From Mobula hypostoma (lineage: Eukaryota), in NCBI RefSeq assembly GCF_963921235.1, contig NC_086118.1, positions 19,532,001 through 19,596,000 on the forward strand: a stretch of DNA of 64,000 nt, read 5' to 3'. Shown here piece after piece: positions 54,143-64,000 of the stretch; the first letter of the stretch is position 1, and every line of letters begins with the position of its first letter. A program made the position numbers and the translations under genes. A model generated the notes under the pieces. The model had not been told where the DNA came from. It did not search any database and saw nothing but the letters and a program-made list of their open reading frames with translations.

Positions 54143-54830
54143 GGCCTGAGCACGTCTAGTCCAGTGGTATATATACCCCACTTGTCTATCCCTCCTGATT
54201 TGTTATTCCTCATCCAGTCAGGTTGCTGCTGCCCTACCTTTATCAAATTCAAGTTCTTAAATATAGTGAGACCTTCGCTACCGAGTGTCTTCCCAATATT
54301 TCTATGGTTTCTAGAAGGATTGTCGCGATCCTGATGAACTATGTAATTAATACCATCTACAAACATGAAAGGAAGCTCAAATCACAGCGTATGGGGGGGG
54401 GCGGGGGTCAAAGATAACCTGGCATTCAGGATGGCTGGCATTTACTGGATTCCCTGTGAATGTGGAGCAACATATATCGGCCAGACTGAGCGCACAGTGG
54501 AAACCTGCATCACGGGTGAATCTGTTTGGGTGACCCGGAGAAATGAGTAGCAGCAGAACATTGCATTCGCAATGGCCATAGAATTGACTTCGATGACACA
54601 AAACTACAGTGTCGCACCAATGGCTTTAGGGACTGCCTGGTGAAGGAAGCCATTGAAATAAAACTAAAGGAAAAGAATTTTAACAAAGACAAAGGTCTCG
54701 CTCGAAGTAAAAACTGGAATTCGATAGTAAACAAGATGAGACTGCGGAAACCTGATTAGATGAGTACTAACCAAGCTGGAGGGATAGACAACGGGGATAT
54801 ATATACCACCAGACTAGATCTGCCCAGGAA

Positions 54831-54876
54831 TCATTCCTGATGAAGGTGGCAGAATTTGTCGTCGAAACGTTAGTTA
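54831..54876 (+). ncRNA. Hammerhead-like motif with extended helix II
   Basis: CTGATGA-A-GGTGGCAG-AAT-TTGTCGTC-GAAA-C-GTT, with palindromic AACGTT. Helix I is weak. Confidence 0.62.
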
Positions 54877-55398
54877 AAATTGATACCTGTACCCGGCCGG
54901 AAGCCCAAGAGGAGTTTATATTCCATAGATAATCTTCAACTCTGTAGTCTTTACACTCAAGATTCACCTCAGATCTTCCTGACCTAAAGATCCTTTCAGC
55001 ACCTCTTCCTGTGCTGCTGAGGTGGTCATTGTTAAACAATGACTTTAATTACCAGAACTAACTTGGAAAATGAGACTAAGTTATTTTTTCGATGCTACTA
55101 AGAATGAGTCTCCACTGAAAACAAGGTACTTTGTTTTGTATTTTCAATAATAATTATAAATTGAAGAACTGAGACTCTACATATGTAGAAGTTAGTTTTC
55201 ACGGCCATTGAGGTTACTATGAAAAATGCACTCACAAGTGGACAAGACCTAATATTTTGTGGTCATAGTGTTGTAGATCTATACAGCACAGAAAAAAGGC
55301 TCTTTGGTCCAACTCATCTGTGCCAAACAAGTTGCCTAACAGACTGAATCATCTTTGCCTGCATTTGGCCCGTATTCCTTGAATTTTTTTCTATCAGT

Positions 55399-58300
55399 TG
55401 TTACCTGTCCACAGTATAGATTCCCATGAGTGTCTCGTGATTCCTGTGAGTATTGATTCTCATGAGTGCCTCGTGATTCCTGTATCGATTCCCGTGAATA
55501 TCCCATGACTTTGTTACCTGTGTGCGTCACATGATGGCATATCCCACTGGTATAAAAAAGTGGGCCATCAATCATTGGGAGTCGCTTTGTTGGGGAGTCA
55601 CAGTCAGTAGTTACACAATTGTAGAAGGAGAGAGGGAGAGAGTGAAGATTGCCGGCCTTAAACGAACCCAAAGGATTGGGGTTAATCAGTGGCATTTGGT
55701 GCATTTCAGGTGTGACTGACACTGGGTATAATCCATACGTGGCACACACTTTTGTTAACCCTTACATGGTTTGGGTATTGTGTGGTGACCACTTTGGTGA
55801 AAGGTCAGTTACTCTGAGAAAACTCACTCTTCGTAGTCTCTTTGTAAATGGTACTTTTCGACTGGGATTGGTGTCAACGGTTTCTTCGTTTCTTCAAGAA
55901 TCACCTCACCGTTGCTTTGAGAAGTCTCTCCTCTCACTTATTTCATGAATCACTTGGACTTCTTAAACTACCACTTTAAGACTGTGCTTGAGTAAGATCT
56001 GTTAAGAATCGTCTCTAAATTTGACTGTTTGATAGCTATAAACGCATAACACTGTTAACTTCCGTTTAAGCTAGTTGTTTGTTTACTTTTCTATGTTTTT
56101 GAAGAAAGGTTAATAAATTTTGTTGTTTATCTATAAAACCCCAACTTCATTTCATTTCTATTGTTGCTGGTACATAACATAAAAATTGGGGGCTCGTCCG
56201 GATGTGAACAAATTTAGAGCTTATTAATTGGAGAAAGGGACATACCCGATTCCTTTTGTTTGATTGGTTTGTGTGTGGAAATCAGCAGTAATGGATGTTA
56301 GGGACTTTCTGTAATCATCAACCCCTGCGGCATTAGAGAAAGTGAAAAAGGGTGAGGTGTTGGAAACTGCTAAACAGCTGGAGCTTACTGACATAAAGGC
56401 TGGCTATGACAAAGCTAATGATTCAGAGGAAAATAGCTGAGCACTATACAGCTACTAAAGTGTTTGATGAAGAGGTGTTAGAGAAGTTTCCTGTAAATAA
56501 ACTTGAGATGCAGCTACAACTGGAACAAATGAAGTCAGAAAGATTTAAAGTAGAGGTGGCAGAAAGGGAAAGAGATAAAGAGAGAGAAGCTGCAGAAAAA
56601 CAAAGGCAATTTGAGCTAACGATACAGAGGTTAAGGCTCGAGAAGCAAGCTGGTTCGAGGAAACCGGTTGTACCATTTGTTGCTAGTCAGGAAGTTAAGT
56701 TGGTTCCTCCATTTAATGAGGCAGAAGTTGATAAATACTTCGAACATTTTCAAAAACTTGCTCGGAGTTCACCATGGCCGAAAGAGGGTTGGCTTGTTCT
56801 TTTACAAAGTGTAATTAAAGGTAAAGCACAACAGGTTTATATGGCCTTAACCAGTGAACAGGCAGCTGATTACGATACTGTCAAGCAGGTTATACTTAAA
56901 GCTTATGAATTGGTTCCAGAAGCTTATAGACAAAGATTTAGAAGCCTGAAGAAATCTGTGAACCAGACTTATGTAGAATTTGCCTATGACAAATCTGTGT
57001 GTTTTGAGCACTGGTGCACCTCTAAAAATGTGAAGGAGAGTATGACAACTTGAAAGAGTTGGTTTTAATAGAAGAATTTAAAAGGTGCATCCCTAATGAT
57101 GTAAAGGCATACTTGGATGAGAAGGACATTGCCACGTTGCAAGAGTCTGCTAAATTAGCAGATGAGTTTGCTCCAACCCACAAGAGTAAGTTAACTCTGA
57201 GTAAAGCTTTCCAAAAGAGTAGCATGGATAGCCAGTGTAAACCAGAAATTAAATTGGAAGCTAGTGATAGAGATAAGGATGAAGGGAAGCAAGTGAAGGA
57301 AAACATTTTGGCCCTATTTGTCACTATTGTAGGAAATCTGGTCATGTTATGGCTAACTGTTTCCATCTGAAGAAGAAGGAAAAGGAGGCAGTTCCAGATA
57401 CCTGTGTGCAACACTTTGAAAAACCCATAAACCCACAGGGTTCGGGACGTTCAAAGGAGGCTCTGTCAGGGTCTGACCAAGTTAGGAAGGGATTTGATCA
57501 TTTTATGTCAGAGGGAATTGTTTCCGTGAATGAAATGTCCACCCAACTACCCATAAAAAATCTTCGGGATACTGGGGCTTCTCAGTCACTATGTTAGATA
57601 GTGTTCTGGCGTTTAGTGATGAGTCTGCCATTGATGAGGTAAATCTTATATGAGGTATTGGAGGCCACCTTATGTCTTTACCTCTAGACAAAGTAGTTTT
57701 AAAGTCAGGGTTAGTTTCTGGATCTGTTAAAATAGGACTACGTCCCAGATTACCAGTGGATGTTGATTCTTTATTGTTAGAGAACGACCTAGCAGGTGGA
57801 AAAGTTGTTACAGCAGTGCAGCTGACAACTAAGCCAATCACTGATGATCCAAAGATGGATTCCAACATGCATCCCTCCCATGCAGTAACCCGAGCTATGG
57901 CCAAAAAGTCTGCCAAGGCAGGTGGTTCTCTGCAGCATGGGTCTGCTACCCATGACAGTTCAAATCGGGATTCAGATTTTGATGATTTGTCAGTAACTTT
58001 TCTACCTTCATTGTTTGATCAAGAGCTTTGCAGTAAGTCTGACCATAAAGACTTGTCTCTGTCTAGGAAGGAGATTATAGTGGAGCAGAGCAGAGACCCT
58101 AAGATTACCACCTTAAGAGGAAAAGCTCTCCAAAATAATGAGATTGAGAAGGTGCTAGTAGGGTATTATTTCAAGAGTGGAGTGTTAATGAGGAAGTGGA
58201 GATTCCTGCTAGTGAGGATTGAGCAGATGTTCACTAGGTAGTAGTTCCTGAAGTCTATAGGAATGAGATTTTAACTTTGGCTCATAATATGCTCTTGGGT

Positions 58301-60002
58301 GGCCATCTTGGTGTGAATAAAACTGTGAACAAGGTTTTTAAACACTTCTTCTGGCCTGGGTTGAGGAAAGATATGGCGACATTTTGCCAAACTTGTCACA
58401 CTTGTCAGGTTGTGGGCAAACCTAATCAAGTCACCTCAGTGGCCCCATTGCAACCTATTCCTGCATTTGGTGAACCGTTTTCTAAAGGTATTGTGGATTG
58501 TGTTGGCCCATTGCCAAAAACTAAAGCTGGCCATTAATATTTGCTGACCATCATGTGTACAGCATCTAGATTTCCAGAAGCAATATCTCTCAGGAATGTA
58601 AAAGCTAAAACTGTGTCGAAGGCTCTCATAAAGTTTTTTTACTTTATTTGGGATGCCAAAAGAAATCCAGTCTGATCAAGTAAGTTATTTTATGTCTGGA
58701 TTTTTCCAGCAGGTAGTTTATAAACTGGGAGCCAAACAGATTATATCATCTGCGTACCATCAAAAATCACAAGGGGCCTTAAAAAGGTTCCATTCTACCC
58801 TCAAAATCATGATTAGGCTGTTTTGAGTTGAAAATGAGAAGGATTGGGGTGAGGGAGTTCATTTGCTTTTGCTTGCAGTACAGGAGTCAGTGCAGGAGTC
58901 CCTAGGCTTTCGTCCCTTTGAACTTGTGTTTGGGCACAGAGTCCGAGGACCTTTAGCATTGTTAAAAGAACAGTGGGATGAAAAAGAACTACACACTAAT
59001 TTGCTGGATTATGTCTTAACATTTAAGGAGAGATTGCAAAAATCTTGCAGTTTAGCAAGGGAAAATTTAAAATCTGCTCAGGAAAGAATGAAAACTTGGT
59101 ATGGCAAGGAAGCTAGAATGAGGTCATTCAAGCCAGGACATAATGTGTTGGTTCTTTTCCCTGTGCAAATGAACCCTTTTCAAGCTAAATTTCATAGTTC
59201 TTACAAGATTATATCTAAAGTTAATAATGTGGACTATGTGGTAAAAACACCAGATCGACAAAGGCCAATGCAGCTTTGTCGTGTAAACATGATAAAACCG
59301 TATTATGAAAAACAGTCCGCGGCTATGACTGTTGTTTTCAATAAAAAGGATTTTGACCTCCCTGGGAATTTGGTAGTTGATCCATCTAAGGCTTATTTTA
59401 AACTGAACATTATTTCTACCAGACTAGCAAATTTGACATTTTTGGAAAATATTGATGAGAAATTGGCTCATCTACAGCCACAGCAGCAACAGCAAATGAA
59501 GCAGTTAATTATGAAATTGAGGGATTTATTTCCAGGCATTCCAAAAAGAACCACAGTAGCCTTACATAATGTAGATGTTGGAAATGCCAAACCCATAAAG
59601 CAACATCCATATCGAATGAACGTGGAAAAATGTACACGAGCCAAACAAGAAATTAAGTATATGTTTGAAAATGATATTATTAGACCTTCTACTTTGGGTT
59701 GGAGTTCACCTTGTGTCATGGTGCCTAAACCGGATGGTAGTATTCAGTTCTGTACTGATTACAGAAAGGTGAATGCTGTAACAAAAACAAATGTGTATCC
59801 AATCCCTAGGGTAGATGATGGTGTGGACAAGTTTGGAAAAGCTAAGTTTCTTACAAAGATTGACCTGTTAAAAGGGTATTGGTGTGTTCCATTGACAGAT
59901 AAATGTAGAGACATTTCTGCATTTGTAACGCCATCTGGGTTATATGAATACAATGTTCCGCCATTGGGAATGAAGAGTGCTCCATGAACCTTCCAGAGAA
60001 TG
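55399..60002 (+). mobile_element. Gmr1-like Gypsy LTR retrotransposon (5' LTR, gag, PR, IN, RT; degenerate, interrupted in RT)
   Basis: The LTR ends in TAACA at 56179 (start approximate). Gag from about 56291 has a SCAN-like AYELVPEAYRQRFR..LKELVLIEEF region and a CHYC..GH..ANC knuckle. Protease LRDTGASQSL. Integrase HNMLLGGHLG..CHTC, VDCVGPLP. Then RT PIKQHPYR..WSSPCVMVPKPDG..TDYRKVN..IDLLKGYW. Confidence 0.93.
56187..56203 (+). promoter_or_regulatory. tRNA-Pro primer binding site
   Basis: TGGGGGCTCGTCCGGAT is nearly identical to the canonical tRNA-Pro PBS TGGGGGCTCGTCCGGGAT and lies just after the LTR. Confidence 0.88.
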
Positions 60003-60040
60003 ATTAGATTAGATTAGATTATGAGGACACTCAGTCCTCG

Positions 60041-63000
60041 TGTCATGGTCCGGTCTGTGAAGTCCGTATTCCGGATCACGGTCTGGTCCATCGACCCTTG
60101 CTCCAGGTTTTTCTGGCTACCCCGTTTCTGTTCTTGTTGAGCTCTAATTGAGGCAGCTGATGCTCGTTGGGGCTGGCTGCATAAATACCTTCAGAGACCA
60201 AAGTGTGGCTGCTGGATTGTTCTTGTCCTTACTCCTTGTATCCCTTCCTCTGCCTTCTGTTTCCTCGCATGAACCCTGCCTTGTCTTGCCGGTAACTCTC
60301 GCCTCGCCTGAAGTTCTCGTCTCGCCTTGCTTTGCCACAAGCCTTGCCTTGTCTTGCCGGTAACTCTCACCTCGTCTTGCCTGCAGTCTTGTCCTGGAGC
60401 CACCCGGTACCTAGCTCCCTTCCTGTCCAATACCTCCGCCCAGATAAGCCAGGCCGTCTTGCTGTTACCTGTGGTTGGTTCTGTCCCTTCCTGTCCCTTG
60501 CCTCCGTCGGGTAAGCCAGGCTGTCCTGCCGTTACCTGCAGTTGGTTCTGTCCCTTCCTGTTCCATGCCTCCGTTGGGTGGTGATCCGCGCCCTGCCCAG
60601 GAGTACCGCAACCTGCTCAGGAGTACCACGCCCTGCCCAGGTGAACCGTGCCCTGCCCAGGAGGAGCCTGCCTACCCTCAAGCCTGAAGACTCCAGCCTC
60701 CTGCCTAGCCTCAAGCCTGAAGACTCCAGCCTCCTGTCTCCTGCCAAGCCTCGTCTCTAGCCTCTAGCCTCAAGCCTGAAGACTCCATCCTCCTGCCTCC
60801 TGTCAAGCCTCGCCCCTAGCCTCAAGTCTGAAGACTCCATCCTCCCGCCTAGCCTCAAGCCTGAAGACTCCATCTTCCTGTCTCCTGCCAAGCCTCGTCC
60901 CTAGCCTCAAGCCTGAAGACTCCAGCCTCCTGCCTCCTGCCAAGCCTCGCCTCCAGCCTCTAGCCTCAAGCCTCAAGATTCCAGCCTCCTGCCTTCTGCC
61001 AAGCCTCACCTCCAGCCTCCAGCCTCTAGCCTCAAGCCTGAAGACTCCAGCCTCCTGCCTCCTGCCAAACCTCACCTCTAGTCTCTAGCCTCTAGCCTCA
61101 AGACTGAAAACTCCAGCCTCCTGCCTCCTGCCAAGCCTCGTCAAGTCTCTAGCCTCAAGCCTGAAGACTCTAGCCTCCTGCCTCCTGCCAAGCCTCGTCA
61201 AGTCTCTAGCCTCAAGCCTGAAGACTCTAGCCTCCTGCCTCCTGCCAAGCCTCGCCTCTAGTCTCTAGCCTCTAGCCTCAAGCCTGAAAACTCCAGCCTC
61301 CTGCCTCCTGCCAAGCCCGTCAAGTCTTTAGCCTCAAGCCTGAAGACTCCATCCTCCTGCCTCCTGTCAAGCCTCGCCCCTAGCCTCAAGTCTGAAGACT
61401 CCATCCTCCCGCCTAGCCTCAAGCCTGAAGACTCCATCTTCCTGTCTCCTGCCAAGCCTCGTCCCTAGCCTCAAGCCTGAAGACTCCAGCCTCCTGCCTC
61501 CTGCCAAGCCTCGCCTCCAGCCTCTAGCCTCAAGCCTCAAGATTCCAGCCTCCTGCCTTCTGCCAAGCCTCACCTCCAGCCTCCAGCCTCTAGCCTCAAG
61601 CCTGAAGACTCCAGCCTCCTGCCTCCTGCCAAACCTCACCTCTAGTCTCTAGCCTCTAGCCTCAAGACTGAAAACTCCAGCCTCCTGCCTCCTGCCAAGC
61701 CTCGTCAAGTCTCTAGCCTCAAGCCTGAAGACTCTAGCCTCCTGCCTCCTGCCAAGCCTCGTCAAGTCTCTAGCCTCAAGCCTGAAGACTCTAGCCTCCT
61801 GCCTCCTGCCAAGCCTCGCCTCTAGTCTCTAGCCTCTAGCCTCAAGCCTGAAAACTCCAGCCTCCTGCCTCCTGCCAAGCCCGTCAAGTCTTTAGCCTCA
61901 AGCCTGAAGACTCCAGCTTTGTCCTGCCTGCCAGCCAAGCCTCGTCCTTGCCTAGTTCTGGGGTCCCAGCCAGAGGCAAGACCCAGATACTGGGTCCTTG
62001 TCCAGTCTCTGGCTCAGAGTCCAAGCCCGGGCTCCTAGCTCTCTTGTCCAGTCCTGTTCCGGGTTCCCGGTTTTCCTGTCCATGTCCTTGCTCTCACCCT
62101 GTATCTTAGTCCTGCCCCTAGTCCTTCAGTGTCTGTGTCTTGCACTTGGGTCTGTTCCCACCTCCCTCCTTATGACAGAACGATCTAGCCAACCATGGAC
62201 CCAGCGACACGGACATTGTCATTTTCCTCTTTCCACCCGGGGTTCCTTTCTGTTAAATACCCTCCCACCCACCCAGGTTGTCCATAGTCTGGATACCCTG
62301 TTTGGTTGCCAGGAGGCTTCCGTAGAGGGAAGCGGGTACTGTCATGGTCTGGTCTGTGAAGTCTGTATTCCGGTTCACGGTCCGGTCCATCGACCCTTGA
62401 TCTGGATTTTCCTGTCTACCCTGTTTCTGTTCTTGTTGAGCTCTAATTGAGGCAGCCGATGCTTGTTGGGGCTGGCTGCATAAATACCTTCAGAGACCAA
62501 GGCGTGGCTGCTAGATTGTTCTTGTCCTACTCCTCGTATCTCTTCCCCTGCCCCCTGTTTCCTCGCCTGAAGCCTTGCCTTGTCTTGACGGTAACTCTCG
62601 CCTCACCTGAAGTTCACGTCTCACCTTCCATTGCCTGAAGCCTTGCCTTGTCTTGCTGGTAACTCTCGCCTCATCTCACCTGCAGTCTTGTACTGGAGCC
62701 ACCCTGTACCTAGCACCCTCCCTGTCCCTTGCCTCTGCCCAGGTAAGCCAGGCCATCTTCCATCACTTGCAGTTGGTTCTGTCCTTTCCTGTCTCTTGCC
62801 TCCATCAGGTAAGCCAGGCCGTCTTGCCATTACCTGCGGTTTGTTCTGTCCCTTCCTGTTCCATGCCTCCGTCAGGTGGTGATCCACGCCCTGCCCAGGA
62901 GTACCGCGCCCTGCCCAGGAGTACCGCACCCTGCCCAGGTGAACCACGCCCTGCCCAGGAGGAGCCTGCCTAGCCTCAAGCCTGAAGACTCCAGCTTCCT

Positions 63001-63453
63001 GCCTCCTGCCAAGCCTCACCTCAAGTCTCTAGCCTCTAGCGTCAAGCCTGAAGACTCCAGCCTCCTGCCTCCTGCCTCCTGCCAAGCCATGCCTCAAGTC
63101 TCTAGCCTCTAGCCTCAATCCTGAAGACCCCTGCCTCCTGCCAAGCCTCGTCTCTTGTCCCTAGCATCTAGCCTCAAGCCTGAAGACTCCAGCCTCGTCC
63201 TGTCTGCCAGCCAAGCCTCGTCCTTGCCTAGTTCTGGGGTCCGAGCCAGAGGCAAGACCCAGATACTGGGTCCTTGTCCAGTCTCTGGCTCGGAGTCCAA
63301 GCCCGGGCTCCTAGTTCTCTTGTCCAGTCCTGTTCCGGGTTCCCGGTTTTCAGGTCCATGTCCTTGATCTCACCCTGTATCCTAGTCCTGTCCCTAGTCC
63401 TTCAGTGTCTGTGTCTTGCACTTGAGTCCGTTCCCAGCCACCTCCTTATGACA
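60041..63453 (+). mobile_element. Miniature non-autonomous LTR element (TRIM-like) with minisatellite-bearing LTRs
   Basis: LTR1 60041-62177 and LTR2 62340-63453 (TGTCAT...ATGACA). TSD CCTCG/TCTCG. The 162-bp internal part has ATGGACCCAGCG and a purine-rich tract before LTR2. Confidence 0.92.
60665..61945. repeat. Variant-unit minisatellite (about 57 bp) within LTR1, with a 564-bp higher-order duplication
   Basis: Unit TAGCCTCAAGCCTGAAGACTCCAGCCTCCTGCCTCCTGCCAAGCCTCG with variable linkers. Identical ORFs at 60803 and 61367 (offset 564). Confidence 0.93.
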
Positions 63454-64000
63454 TCTCGTTTATTATCATTTAGAAATGTATGCATTAAAAAATGATACAG
63501 TGTTCCTCCAGAATGCTATCACAAGAAACACAGGACAAACCAAGACTAAAATTGACAAAACCACTTAATTACAACATATAGTTACAACGGTGCAAAGCAA
63601 TACCATAATTTGATAAAGAGCAGACCATGGGCATGGTAAAAAACAGTCTCAAAGTCCCGATAGTCTCATCATCTCACACAGGCAGCAGAAGGGAGAAACT
63701 CTCCCTGCCATGAACCTCCAAGCACCGCAAACTTGCCGATGCAGCACCATTGGAAGCACCCGACCGCAGCCGACTCTGAGTCCGTCCGAAAACTTTGAGC
63801 TTCCAACCAGCCCTCCGACACAGCCTCTCCGAGCACCATCCTCTGCCGAGTGCTTTGACTCCACCCCGGCTGCCGAGCAACAAGCAAAGCCGAGGACTCG
63901 GGGCCTTCCCCTCCGGAGATCCTGGATCACACAGTGGCAGCAGCAGCAAAGCAAGCATTTCAGAAATTTCCCCAGATGTTTCTCCGTGCTCTCACGTCCA

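Larger units (their letters stand above)
54050..54922 (+). mobile_element. Second Penelope-like family with inverted pseudo-LTR
   Basis: GIY-YIG AGIYWIPCECGATYIGQTERTV..KEAIEI..NFNKDKG. About 54050-54225 is an inverted copy of about 54750-54922. Confidence 0.88.
60003..64000 (-). mobile_element. SINE-like retroposon (same family as 38776-39402) inserted in the Gmr1 RT and itself split by an LTR element
   Basis: attagattagattagattatgaggacac at 60003-60040 continues at 63454 and runs off the window. Confidence 0.8.

Noticed and set aside
56406..57053. Possible domesticated SCAN/Gag gene
   Set aside because: It lies inside an LTR element with a PBS, and stops and frameshifts flank the open segment.
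60665..61945. CRISPR-like or repetitive-protein reading of the array (ORFs 60803, 61367)
   Set aside because: There are no unique spacers or cas genes and the context is eukaryotic. The ORFs are translations of a minisatellite.

Overview
Vertebrate genomic DNA made almost entirely of decayed transposable elements. The repeat repertoire (CR1 and Rex1/Babar LINEs, Penelope-like elements, Tc1, hAT, Harbinger, Gypsy) suggests a cartilaginous fish, probably a ray or skate; this is an inference. I found no convincing host exon, RNA gene or CRISPR array, so the window looks intronic or intergenic. All TE ORFs are broken. Main points: (1) Two chromovirus-type LTR element families lack a tRNA primer site. 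Each instead has a 12-nt segment just after the 5' LTR that is complementary to a site about 30 nt downstream of the LTR TATA-like box, the Tf1/sushi self-priming signature. One is a miniature element with a 162-bp core and minisatellite-expanded LTRs. (2) A Gmr1-like Gypsy element with PR-IN-RT order, a SCAN-like capsid and a tRNA-Pro PBS. (3) At least six minimal hammerhead ribozyme motifs in Penelope-like elements, two of which form inverted hairpin structures. (4) A fold-back Tc1 built from two 3' halves. (5) Several clean nested insertions with visible TIRs and TSDs. Most mechanisms are known at the family level. Any novelty is more likely in the particular non-autonomous families than in a new host system.
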